From a virus (taxonomy: Duplodnaviria > Caudoviricetes): a stretch of DNA of 64,000 nucleotides. A model generated the notes under the pieces. That model had not been told where the DNA came from and did no database searches. It saw only the letters and a list, made by a program, of their open reading frames with translations. Positions 17,928 to 27,418 of this stretch are shown here, piece after piece. How positions within the stretch are numbered: position 1 is the stretch's first letter; each line of letters opens with the position of its first letter. The DNA is taken from the IMG/VR virus record IMGVR_UViG_3300031993_000017. One strand, given 5' to 3'. A program made the translations under genes and the position numbers.

Positions 17928-20192
17928 TCATATTAAAATATCATCTTTCGTCAGTCCTAAAATATCGTAAAACAGACCCGGATCTCTGTTGAAGTCCAAC
18001 TTATTATCTACAATGAAGTTTGAAATGCCTTCTTTCTTATACAGAATATCATGAACTCTTTCGTCTACTGTGTCTTTGGTCATTAAAGTGATGATGGTTG
18101 TAGATTGTTTGGTTCCGATTCTGTGGCATCTATCTTCGGCTTGAATCTTATCTGCAGGTGTCCAAGGCTCATCATAAAAGATTACAGTAGAGGCTGCTGT
18201 AAAAGTATTTGAAGTTCCTGCAGCTCCAACAGTTCCTAGAAGTACTTTGTATTCCGGATTGGTTTGAAATACCCGCTTATGCTTCTCTCGTAGCTCAGAA
18301 CTCATTGATCCTATAAAACAACAGGTTTTATATTTAGGCGATATGAAAGTATAGAGCATTCTAAGAGGCTCAATCCAGTTGGAGAATATAACCACCTTCT
18401 CGCCACGATCTACCGCCTCATCTAGTAGCTCTAGTAATCTATGTAACTTAGCATTCTTAGATAGGTAACTATCGTCAAATTTAAGTGTTGTATCAACTAT
18501 CTCAGGAGCACCATTTACTTGACGTAATCCGAGGAGTTTAGTCATAGGATTGTAGTTCTTTACATCGCCATCTTCATTTGTCAGAATTTCATTCACAATC
18601 TTTTCATATAACCTAGACTGATATTTTGTATTCTCTACATATTCAACATAACGAATCTTGGGCGGTAAATCTAGCACTTCCGATTTAAGTCGCCGTATCA
18701 TGTTTCCTTGTAACATTGATTTAAGAGATGGAATATTTTTGTAAGCGACGATCTCCTTGTCGCCATATCCTCCATACACGCAGAACTTTTGACACCAGAA
18801 ATAGTAGTTACTAAATGTGTGGCCTCCAACTAGTTTGAGCGGAAGGTACACGTCTGTTGGCTTGTTGACGATTGGAGTTCCTGTTATCGGAATCCACATA
18901 GCAGAATCAGCAGTACCTTCTTTCATATGAATGAGACATTTTCCTTGCTTAGATGAAGGCGATGTGTTTTTATGCACCTCATCAAGTGCAATCATTCCAA
19001 TATCTCCGCTCTTTATTCGCTTAATCAATTCACCTACCATGGGATAGTATTTTCCTTCTTGAAGACGAATTGATTCAATATTTGTGATTATGAAATAGGG
19101 GAGGTCATCACCGTCGCAGGTCTTGAATTTTTCTAAGTCCTCTAACTTCCCTCGACTAGTTCCGTCATACATCAACTTCTTATTTCTTTTTCTTCTAGTT
19201 CCTAGAATATAAGCAGTTTCTTGTCCACGAGTATGAACATGAATATCATTCAGCCAGTTGTATTTAGAGCTGTTTACACAACATATGATCAAACAATGCT
19301 TGAATCCATACTTAGCACGATTGTAAAGGGCAAGGTTGATCGTTTCAAGTGTTTTTCCACAATTGTGAACTACAATTCCGTTTGCAACAAAATTCCGATA
19401 AGGGTCAAACATTTTGATATCATATGTTTCTACTTCACCGAAGTAAGAGATATCTACAATCTTAACTCCAGTAGGTTTTGAGCCTGACACATTAGCAATA
19501 ACTGTATCACCTACCTGGAGATTCTGAAGTTCTACAAAACCTTTAAGCGTCAATATCTCATGATCCGCAGTTGCTTTCAGAGACTTACCAAAATTGAATT
19601 TGACAGTGTATACAGGTTTAACACCACTGTACAGAACATCTCTAATTTCGTGCATACCAAATTCACTACCTCTCAGGCAACGAATTGAATATCCACGGTG
19701 ATGAGATTTTTTGACCCAATCCCGATAAAGTTCTTTCAGCGTTATAGTTCGATACAGTTCACGATAACTCACATGAACTAATGCATCTCCTGAGATACAG
19801 CCCATTTCATCTGCTAAAATAAATCCGTTCATGTTACCTTTATTTTCACGATCAATCGCAAACTTCATAAAATCTAGCTGATGTGAATATGGTCGTCCAC
19901 CTTCTGCAACATAGAAGGGTACGTCTGAGATGTCAATGTCTGGGATAGCATCTACACCAGATACTGCTTGATTTACATTTATTTGTTCATTTGAGTAGAT
20001 GTCAATACTAGTTTCATAATCAGTTCCTTCAAAGGCTTTGATTAAGAAACCTAATTTATCGAGAGGAATTGTCCAGTATTTGAATTCTGGAACCCATCGT
20101 TTTCCGGGAACAGTTTTAACAATGTCGATCACTTTAGGATCATATCTGAATGTTATCTGATATACATCTCCAGCTTGTTTTATTGTTATCAT
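17928..20192 (-). CDS. SNF2/SWI2-family helicase (HARP-like N-terminus) containing an intein
   Basis: LADEMG..GKT, LDEVH, TGTP, KVVIFS, QAEDRCHRIG. Confidence 0.92.
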   Translation of the reverse strand: MITIKQAGDVYQITFRYDPKVIDIVKTVPGKRWVPEFKYWTIPLDKLGFLIKAFEGTDYETSIDIYSNEQINVNQAVSGVDAIPDIDISDVPFYVAEGGRPYSHQLDFMKFAIDRENKGNMNGFILADEMGCISGDALVHVSYRELYRTITLKELYRDWVKKSHHRGYSIRCLRGSEFGMHEIRDVLYSGVKPVYTVKFNFGKSLKATADHEILTLKGFVELQNLQVGDTVIANVSGSKPTGVKIVDISYFGEVETYDIKMFDPYRNFVANGIVVHNCGKTLETINLALYNRAKYGFKHCLIICCVNSSKYNWLNDIHVHTRGQETAYILGTRRKRNKKLMYDGTSRGKLEDLEKFKTCDGDDLPYFIITNIESIRLQEGKYYPMVGELIKRIKSGDIGMIALDEVHKNTSPSSKQGKCLIHMKEGTADSAMWIPITGTPIVNKPTDVYLPLKLVGGHTFSNYYFWCQKFCVYGGYGDKEIVAYKNIPSLKSMLQGNMIRRLKSEVLDLPPKIRYVEYVENTKYQSRLYEKIVNEILTNEDGDVKNYNPMTKLLGLRQVNGAPEIVDTTLKFDDSYLSKNAKLHRLLELLDEAVDRGEKVVIFSNWIEPLRMLYTFISPKYKTCCFIGSMSSELREKHKRVFQTNPEYKVLLGTVGAAGTSNTFTAASTVIFYDEPWTPADKIQAEDRCHRIGTKQSTTIITLMTKDTVDERVHDILYKKEGISNFIVDNKLDFNRDPGLFYDILGLTKDDILI
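19362..19799 (-). mobile_element. 146-aa mini-intein in helicase motif I
   Basis: Starts CISGDA, block B TADHEI, ends NFVANGIVVHN followed by Cys; too short for an endonuclease. Confidence 0.92.
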
Positions 20193-20256
20193 TGTTTACC
20201 ACCCATCTTACAGAATTTGTTGTACGTCTTTAATAACGATTCAGTTAACAAAAAAA

Positions 20257-20290
20257 CCGGTAACTGATATTTTAAACATCAGTTACCGGA
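20257..20290 (-). terminator. intrinsic terminator
   Basis: CCGGTAACTGAT...ATCAGTTACCGG with T7 tract on the minus strand. Confidence 0.8.
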
Positions 20291-20335
20291 AACCAAGGGG
20301 ACCGGAATGGAGAAAGCGTCAAATGATTAAATTCA

Positions 20336-20857
20336 TCAAATTTGAATGTATCCAACTACATAACTACTTGTAGATCTACTGTATGCAGCAACCTTAGTGT
20401 ATTTTTCACATTTTTCTAAGATTCTTACTACTCCGGAATATTTAGAAAACAAAACCTTACTTCCGGTAGGGGTGTAGTAAATTTTTACGCTGCTTACCAT
20501 TTCTGTTTCACTCGTGTTGTCTACAACCTTCTTTTCTTTATCAGTTTCGGATGCAGTTTTGGTCTTAGCCGTTGATGTTATCTTTACAACAGCTTCTTTC
20601 TTAGCTGGTTCTTTAGCTACATTTTCTTCTTTAGCAGGTTCTTCAACTACTGCTTCTTTAGCGGGTTCCTCAGCTGCTTCTTTAGCGGGTTCCTCAGCTG
20701 TTTCTTCTTTTACAGGTTCTTCGGCTACAGGTTCCTCCGCTTTCTCCACCTCAGCAGGAGCACTTTCAGCACCCGCTGTAACCTGATTAGTAGCCTCCTC
20801 TACAACTGCATCTGTTTTAGCTTCTTCTGCAACATCTACTGCTTTACGTCTTGCCAT
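20336..20857 (-). CDS. acidic low-complexity protein (EEPAKE repeats) with small C-terminal domain
   Basis: ORF, GGAGG RBS. Confidence 0.75.
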   Translation of the reverse strand: MARRKAVDVAEEAKTDAVVEEATNQVTAGAESAPAEVEKAEEPVAEEPVKEETAEEPAKEAAEEPAKEAVVEEPAKEENVAKEPAKKEAVVKITSTAKTKTASETDKEKKVVDNTSETEMVSSVKIYYTPTGSKVLFSKYSGVVRILEKCEKYTKVAAYSRSTSSYVVGYIQI

Positions 20858-20872
20858 GTTAAATCCTCCAAT

Positions 20873-21292
20873 TTAATCTTGATTGAGTAACGTCTCCCAC
20901 AAGATATTACACAGTATTCTGACACGACTTTGTCGTTCTAACTGTGTTATTTCTTTGTAGTCGTATATAAGGTAGTGATATTTGAATGATAATATAAGTG
21001 AGTCTCTTACAGCTTGTTTAACATCTTCATCAGAAACTTGTGTTAAGTAATCGTCTATTTCATATAAACATCTATCCAAATAAGAGGATGGATCTTTAGT
21101 GTTATTTTTCATCTTTTTTGGTAGATGACCTACGCATACTTTAGCAAGTGCCTGTGAACCGCTGAGAAATCCATAAGAATTATTGACTTCGTTTCGAGCA
21201 GAATCGGCTATGTTTATAACAGCCATGAATCTATTTCCAAATTTATCTTCTAGATTATCAATGACTTGGTTGTCTGTCCAATAACTGCCCAT
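20873..21292 (-). CDS. RNA polymerase omega-subunit-like protein (tentative)
   Basis: IDNLEDKFGNRFMAVINIADSAR...SQALAKVCVGHL resembles RpoZ helices. Confidence 0.5.
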   Translation of the reverse strand: MGSYWTDNQVIDNLEDKFGNRFMAVINIADSARNEVNNSYGFLSGSQALAKVCVGHLPKKMKNNTKDPSSYLDRCLYEIDDYLTQVSDEDVKQAVRDSLILSFKYHYLIYDYKEITQLERQSRVRILCNILWETLLNQD

Positions 21293-21304
21293 ATGTAAAA
21301 CTCC

Positions 21305-22657
21305 TTAACATGAACATGAAAAATTCTCTAAGTATCTACCAATATTATCTTGATAAGTAGTTAACTGGTCTTGGGTAGGTTTATCGAAATTGCACAGGAA
21401 CAAGTTCAAATCCTGTACAACTTTAGTCAAGTTAGGGATGTATAAGTTTTTAATCTGAAGCTCTGGAACGTCATCAATGTCCTGAGTAAATCTATCATCT
21501 TCAAACATCGGGTAAGGGAATGGAATTGATTGTGTATACTGAAGAATCCAAGATTCTAGTGTATCAATCATTTCAGAAACTGTTATGTCGATAGCGTAGA
21601 ATTTTTGATACTCAGGGTCACAATATTGCTTCTGATAGATCTTTCCGCCTACTTTTATCTCATATAAACTGCAAAGAGTATCGTTCACAACATCTATCAT
21701 CACGTTATACACGGAGAAATCGTCAGTATCGTGAATATCTAAACACTCATCTCTGTCGCATAAAGTCACCTCATAGAATTTTTCACATTCATCTTCTGTG
21801 TCTTCTGTAACGATATTCTCAATTGCAGTAGAAAGATCCGACAATGCGAACTGTGAGTCGTAGTTAGCAAATACTTTAGTTAATACAACATCCGAACTGC
21901 CTGTTATCTTTTTGATTCCGAATCTAAGCTTCAACGAACTAGTTATAGTAAACTGCATTTCATTATCAGTTACTACAATACTCTTTTTATACTTTTTCGT
22001 GGCCTTAGATGCAAGGTAGTCAGATATATTGGATCCAGTTTCAAGTGAGAAAACAAGTTTATCAGGCTCTACACTAAACCATGCATCCACGATATCAACT
22101 GCATTATCATTCAGGAATCTTAGTACATCTCGTAATTTAGATTTTTGTGTATCATCTATTTCATCAGATTCCAACAGCTCGTGTAAATCCTGTGCCTCGT
22201 CAACATCTTCAGCATCTTCAGGCTTTTCCTCAATTTCCTCAGGTTCAACTTCCTCTGTTTCAGAATCCTCTTTTGCGTCACCTTGTTTTTTAGCGTTGCT
22301 AAGATCTACATCAAACCAATCTTTAACAACTTTCTCTACAAATTCCGGAATGTCAGAAAACTGAACATTGGATGCTGTTATAGGATTATCACCCTTTAGT
22401 ATGCTCGCATCGGTTTTTATCTGTACATCATAATACGAAGAACCCTCTCTGACAGGTACACATACAACGTGTACTACAGTAGATTCGGAACCATCTTCAG
22501 CATTTGAATCTGTTGGAATTGGTACATCATATTTTATTGATCCGTCTTCAGCATATTGCTCATTCAATACAGAAAAAGCACGGTCAATGAAATTGAACAA
22601 TTTCTTTACAACACTAATAACGCTTTGACCATCGAAACCCGCTTTATTGTCTGCCAT
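21305..22657 (-). CDS. acidic hypothetical protein of the head module
   Basis: ORF; contains PITASN, TITSS, KVFAN motif copies. Confidence 0.7.
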   Translation of the reverse strand: MADNKAGFDGQSVISVVKKLFNFIDRAFSVLNEQYAEDGSIKYDVPIPTDSNAEDGSESTVVHVVCVPVREGSSYYDVQIKTDASILKGDNPITASNVQFSDIPEFVEKVVKDWFDVDLSNAKKQGDAKEDSETEEVEPEEIEEKPEDAEDVDEAQDLHELLESDEIDDTQKSKLRDVLRFLNDNAVDIVDAWFSVEPDKLVFSLETGSNISDYLASKATKKYKKSIVVTDNEMQFTITSSLKLRFGIKKITGSSDVVLTKVFANYDSQFALSDLSTAIENIVTEDTEDECEKFYEVTLCDRDECLDIHDTDDFSVYNVMIDVVNDTLCSLYEIKVGGKIYQKQYCDPEYQKFYAIDITVSEMIDTLESWILQYTQSIPFPYPMFEDDRFTQDIDDVPELQIKNLYIPNLTKVVQDLNLFLCNFDKPTQDQLTTYQDNIGRYLENFSCSC

Positions 22658-22692
22658 TTCTATTCACCACCATATTCTCACTAAATGACAAC

Positions 22693-22731
22693 AACCTAGT
22701 ACACTACAGGATATGCAGATGTACTAGGTTG
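22693..22731 (-). terminator. hairpin/terminator
   Basis: CAACCTAGTACA...TGTACTAGGTTG. Confidence 0.6.
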
Positions 22732-22764
22732 CTACCTTTACAGATTAGAGAAAGATTTATTGAA

Positions 22765-23244
22765 TTACTTGGAACGTCTTACTCTTCTTGCAGATGAAGA
22801 AGGACGCTTCTGAGTAGATGCAGAAATCCGAGAGGTTCTAGCTCTACGTACAGTAGAAGCAGAAACCGGCTTTCTTGCAGGGCGTCTTTCAGCTCTTCTA
22901 GCAACTCTAGAAGATGCACTAACAGGACGTCTACCACGAAGGCTTGTTGCAGATACAAGCTCCTCCTCGTCACCCTCAGCCTCAACGGTGTACTCTACAC
23001 CATCTACACTGAAAGTTACAGCATCATCCTCGGAATAAACTTCTACAGGCTTCTCGGAAATCTGATAAATCAGCTCTCCAACTTCCTGTGGACTAAACAG
23101 AAGCTCGGAAGCCTCTTCAGAAACCTGAACAGGATCCTCATCGACTTCATCAGTTACTTCCTCATCAACTTCAACTGCATCGTCAAAATCTCTGATGTCT
23201 TCATCAGCCATGATTCTACGAGATCTTCTACCTTTAACGATCAT
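22765..23244 (-). CDS. putative internal head/core protein: acidic core with Arg/Ser-rich tail
   Basis: Charge-segregated; five motif copies (IMAD, VSAT, VSAS x2, ISAS). Confidence 0.65.
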   Translation of the reverse strand: MIVKGRRSRRIMADEDIRDFDDAVEVDEEVTDEVDEDPVQVSEEASELLFSPQEVGELIYQISEKPVEVYSEDDAVTFSVDGVEYTVEAEGDEEELVSATSLRGRRPVSASSRVARRAERRPARKPVSASTVRRARTSRISASTQKRPSSSARRVRRSK

Positions 23245-23264
23245 GATTATATCTCTCCTTTTCT

Positions 23265-23975
23265 TTAATTTAGTACAACTAGTTTGTTGCGATGACCTTC
23301 TAGTTCTTGACGGATAGCCTCTAACTCCGCATTAGCTTCAGAAATAAGAATTTCACCGTCAAGAGAAACATTGGAAGATTCTACTTTATACTTTGAACGA
23401 ATTCGTCCTAGCGCCTTCTTACAATTCGCTTCACTCATTCGTATTAAGTAATTCAACCAAATATCGCTTTTTATCTCTGATACGTCTTTGTAATCTGGGA
23501 CATATCTAATAGTAACAGTTGAGGGTCTTGGGTCTCGATGTGTGCAGTAGACTACATTGTTGTTAGAATCATATTTCCATTGAAAATCGGTTCCTAACAC
23601 GTTTCGTACCTGCGATAACGCCATTTCGGTCATGATAGGATCTATGTTTACAGAAGTTGTATTTCCGATAGCACTATAAGTATTTACTGCTGCGGCTACC
23701 TGGAATACATTACCACTGTCGATAGAGCTCATTGTTAAACCAAGTCTTGGTTGCGACGCTTGCACATATAAAATTGTTTTGGTGTATATACCAACAGCTT
23801 CAAGATCTATTCTAGTAGAAAATGGAACTGTTTTGTCTACTGGGGTACGCATGTACCGCTTTAACTCTCGAAACGCAATGTTTACAGCTTTTTCAATCTG
23901 TATCCCCTCAATGTTTTCAGTAGCAGGAAGCCCGAGCATAAAACTGACTTCGTCTACGATTTCGGCCATGTCCAT
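23265..23975 (-). CDS. neck/head-tail adaptor protein (T4 gp13-like)
   Basis: KKALGRIRSKY...LDGEILISEANAELEAI C-terminal signature. Confidence 0.7.
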   Translation of the reverse strand: MDMAEIVDEVSFMLGLPATENIEGIQIEKAVNIAFRELKRYMRTPVDKTVPFSTRIDLEAVGIYTKTILYVQASQPRLGLTMSSIDSGNVFQVAAAVNTYSAIGNTTSVNIDPIMTEMALSQVRNVLGTDFQWKYDSNNNVVYCTHRDPRPSTVTIRYVPDYKDVSEIKSDIWLNYLIRMSEANCKKALGRIRSKYKVESSNVSLDGEILISEANAELEAIRQELEGHRNKLVVLN

Positions 23976-24016
23976 ATCTCAGACCTCCTTTCTACCGATA
24001 TTTGAGCAAGGACGAA

Positions 24017-24400
24017 TTACTCTTTTTCAGTGACGGTAACAACAAAGCCTTGAGAAGCCATTGCCTTGGTCATAACGTCCCAATACAGCTTTTCGTCAGC
24101 ACCAGCAACTTCGAAGGATACGCCTTCGTTAGTTTCGCCTGACTTTTCAGCAGCTGCTGCAGTGTCAATAGCCTGACCGAACCATGCGAACTTATAAGTT
24201 CCATCGCCGAACGGATCAAGTCCTTCAAGAGAACCCCAACCATCTACATTAGTATCGTAAATAGTTCCGTCAAGTGCTGCAGTATCTACATAAGACTGTG
24301 CCTGAATGAAGGTTCTCGCGATATTCATTCCAGGACGAACTACGTCTGCTACAACTGGGCCATTATATACAATCGTAACGGTATATGTTGCCATGTTCAA
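24017..24400 (-). CDS. probable virion structural protein
   Basis: GGAGG RBS, own AACCTT promoter box, head-module context. Confidence 0.55.
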   Translation of the reverse strand: MNMATYTVTIVYNGPVVADVVRPGMNIARTFIQAQSYVDTAALDGTIYDTNVDGWGSLEGLDPFGDGTYKFAWFGQAIDTAAAAEKSGETNEGVSFEVAGADEKLYWDVMTKAMASQGFVVTVTEKE

Positions 24401-24659
24401 CTTCCTCCTTGAAAAATTTTAGTAAACACTGATTTGATAGAAACTCTCACATCTCTACCAGAATCATATAAGGTTGATGAAATTATTTTATATTTCAGGA
24501 AAATTTCATGTTAACCTTATACATTCGTATAAAAGGTTGTTGATGTAGGCGGTTGATTTTCTTATGAAGCTCACCAATCACTAACATCATCAATTCCATT
24601 TCTACCATTAAGATAATCCTTTATTCGAATCTGAATAGATATAAGGTTCAATAGAAACG

Positions 24660-25064
24660 TCAACTCCACCGCATATTTTTCCGGTGCGAATAACAATCCA
24701 AAAGAAACTCTTTAAACTCCTCATAATCATTATGAGAATACGCACCATACCGAAAACACTTCTTACCAAAATCAACATCCTTAATCAGATCATAAATCTT
24801 CTTACAGGTTTTATAGTCAATCTTACCTTCACAGTCAGATGCAAATAAAAACTTCAAAACATTCTCATGTAGATCATGAACATTAAATTTAATAATATAA
24901 TCGTTAATCATATAAATATCAATATTGCCAAATACATAATCCTCATACAAACTACCAAACTCCTTAGAAATACAGTATGCAATATTCTTCCTAAGATTAA
25001 AAAATCCACCATATCCACAGTCAAAAGAATGTACTCCGTTTGTTGATCGAATCGAAACTCCCAT
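24660..25064 (-). CDS. hypothetical protein
   Basis: ORF track. Confidence 0.65.
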   Translation of the reverse strand: MGVSIRSTNGVHSFDCGYGGFFNLRKNIAYCISKEFGSLYEDYVFGNIDIYMINDYIIKFNVHDLHENVLKFLFASDCEGKIDYKTCKKIYDLIKDVDFGKKCFRYGAYSHNDYEEFKEFLLDCYSHRKNMRWS

Positions 25065-25070
25065 GTATTA

Positions 25071-25772
25071 TTACGCCTCGTACGTAGCAGACACTTTTTG
25101 CTTTATGACATCACTTTGCATTGGATGCTCAATACCATATCTCTCTAAACATGTTTGTTCAGCTTTCTTCCGGCATTCCTCACGTGAAAATGGATTTCCA
25201 TCTTTGAATCTCAACTTCTTTGCACATTCTTTAGAGCAGGTCTTTCTGTAGTCTTCAATAGTCAAATCAACTTCATATTCTTTTCCGCACCAATCGCATT
25301 TTCGGAAGTGAGGTCCGGAACAGAATTTACTTGTATTTGTTGTTGGATGAAATTCTTTTCCACACCATTCGCAAATCTTAGTAGATGCTTGGTAGCTTTC
25401 TACAAGCTTAGAATAGGCATACGCATCTATACAAGATTGCTTTCCACATGTTTTTGTTCGATTATCACCACAATGATATTCAAAAGTTTGCGCACAGATT
25501 ACACATGTCCCACGCTTAGTATGTTTACAATATTTCTGCCGAGAAGATCTAGGTGTGAATGTATCACCACAGATCGAACACACTTTCTGCTCAGTTAACG
25601 CAAGTTTACTAGCACATTTCCTACTGCAGACCCCAGGACTACTAGGATTGCACTTAGTTACAAATGTTTTACCACAAACTTTACATACTTGTTCAATGTT
25701 CCTGTTGCAGTAAACAGATCTTGATGATTTGGGTTGAAATTTGGTTTTGCAAATTGGACAGGTTTCTTCCAT
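25071..25772 (-). CDS. multi zinc-ribbon protein (six CxxC units) ending in a T.LERYG repeat; homing-endonuclease-like N-terminus without nuclease domain
   Basis: CxxCG..F......yCs..C repeats. Confidence 0.7.
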   Translation of the reverse strand: MEETCPICKTKFQPKSSRSVYCNRNIEQVCKVCGKTFVTKCNPSSPGVCSRKCASKLALTEQKVCSICGDTFTPRSSRQKYCKHTKRGTCVICAQTFEYHCGDNRTKTCGKQSCIDAYAYSKLVESYQASTKICEWCGKEFHPTTNTSKFCSGPHFRKCDWCGKEYEVDLTIEDYRKTCSKECAKKLRFKDGNPFSREECRKKAEQTCLERYGIEHPMQSDVIKQKVSATYEA

Positions 25773-25829
25773 AGCGGCGACCTCCTCAAAATCAATAACG
25801 ATTCAAATATCCAAAAAATCCAAAAAAAA

Positions 25830-25858
25830 TCCAGGCCGAGGAACTTCCCCGACCTGGA
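25830..25858 (-). terminator. intrinsic terminator after major capsid gene
   Basis: TCCAGG.CG.GGAA..TTCC.CG.CCTGGA plus T8 tract. Confidence 0.8.
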
Positions 25859-25927
25859 ATATATAAATGTGAGAGTTTTAAAAATCAGTGCATTTTGTTA
25901 TTTGTTTTTAATTGGTTAGGACACCTA

Positions 25928-27397
25928 TCACATGATTCCTACGATTCTACCAGATACAACGGTTGCAGGGTTAACTACCTTCGCAGCATACATCGTCGCA
26001 TAGCCTTGCTGCACGCTGGCATTGGCCAATCCTATTGCATCGGTGTTGGTAAGAGGCATATACTCACCAAACAGAGCAGAGTTTCTACGGATGTCGCTAG
26101 ACTTGCAAGACATAACCCAAATGTTAGGATCGAAGGAAGGATCGCAATATACTTCGAACTGATCGATAGTACCTGCCTTGTACGGACCAACAGTCTCGCC
26201 AGTAGGAGCAGCAACCCAACCCTGTACCATGGACAGGTAAGACTTAACATTGGTACCAACAATAAGTCTATTAGGCTGAGAAAGTCTGGTCTCCTGATAG
26301 ATGGAAGCAGCAGCCTGAGTCAGCTTCAGCTTGAACATGTTCAGGTAATCAGAAGGAACTACTGCACCAGAGAGTACAGGAGATGCATCCCAGTTAAACT
26401 GAGGTCTAACAGATGCAGCTGCAAGCAGCTTCTGGAAGCAAGAGGTGTTGATCTCAGCAGTGAGCTCGGAGAAAGCAGCAGACTTAGCAACATCTGCAAT
26501 GTTAGCGCCCCATTCCTGGTTAGCTGCGAATGCAGAATAGATGCTCCAGTAGCAAGCAAGCTGATGTGCTTCTGCTACAAGGTTGAACTCATCGAGCTGT
26601 AAGTAACCTTTGCCCATCTGAGCGCCGTAATCATAACCATAACCACCGTTGTCAGGTACACGAGGACCTACGTTCTCGTTGTCGTACTGATAAGTAGCTA
26701 CTACAGAATCACCAGCAGCACCAGAAATACCGGTAATGGTGAAAGTACCCATTGCATAATCAATAGTACCCTTCTGAGTAGTTGTACCAGACTGTACAAG
26801 TAAACCGTTACCGTCGTCTACAACAGTTGTAGTAGTTCCGGAAAGGGTGTAAGTGATAGTTACAGAACCCGGAATAACGGGAGTGTAAGCAAGAGCACCA
26901 TTAGCGGTGATTAAAGTACCTTCTGCAACGATTTCGTTCTTGATAACACGACCGGTGAAGTTAGGATCAATACCCTGGCGGTTTACAAAAGGACTAGAAA
27001 GGATGTCGCCGGCCTTGGTCTCACCCTTATTGTTTTCAGCAATGAACTTGAAGTAAGGAACCATCTGAGTTCTGGAATTCATCGCTACGGAACCATAAAC
27101 ATCGAGCACAAGCAGGTTCTGTACGAACAGAGGCAGAAGCTCTAAGAAATCAGGCTTTGCCATCACGTTTGTAGTATTGGTAGCAGCGGTAATGGTGCTC
27201 TGACCTCTCATGTTTCTCTGCAGCTGACGAACGAAAGACTGCTGTTCAGGATTAAGTTTAGACAGTCCGGCACTAAATCCGGAAGATGCTCCGCGTCTTG
27301 CAACGCTAGCAGTAATGTTGCTTCTTGCAGGTCTATTGATGCCAGCAGCGGCACTAATAGGACGAGCGGGACGAACAATTCGCTTATTGATATTCAT
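25928..27397 (-). CDS. major capsid protein (T4 gp23-like) with basic propeptide
   Basis: DVYGSVAM, ELTAEIN, VYCDP, EYMPL, GYATMYA patterns; follows prohead protease. Confidence 0.9.
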   Translation of the reverse strand: MNINKRIVRPARPISAAAGINRPARSNITASVARRGASSGFSAGLSKLNPEQQSFVRQLQRNMRGQSTITAATNTTNVMAKPDFLELLPLFVQNLLVLDVYGSVAMNSRTQMVPYFKFIAENNKGETKAGDILSSPFVNRQGIDPNFTGRVIKNEIVAEGTLITANGALAYTPVIPGSVTITYTLSGTTTTVVDDGNGLLVQSGTTTQKGTIDYAMGTFTITGISGAAGDSVVATYQYDNENVGPRVPDNGGYGYDYGAQMGKGYLQLDEFNLVAEAHQLACYWSIYSAFAANQEWGANIADVAKSAAFSELTAEINTSCFQKLLAAASVRPQFNWDASPVLSGAVVPSDYLNMFKLKLTQAAASIYQETRLSQPNRLIVGTNVKSYLSMVQGWVAAPTGETVGPYKAGTIDQFEVYCDPSFDPNIWVMSCKSSDIRRNSALFGEYMPLTNTDAIGLANASVQQGYATMYAAKVVNPATVVSGRIVGIM

Positions 27398-27418
27398 CTT
27401 TATTTCTCCTTTATAAGA

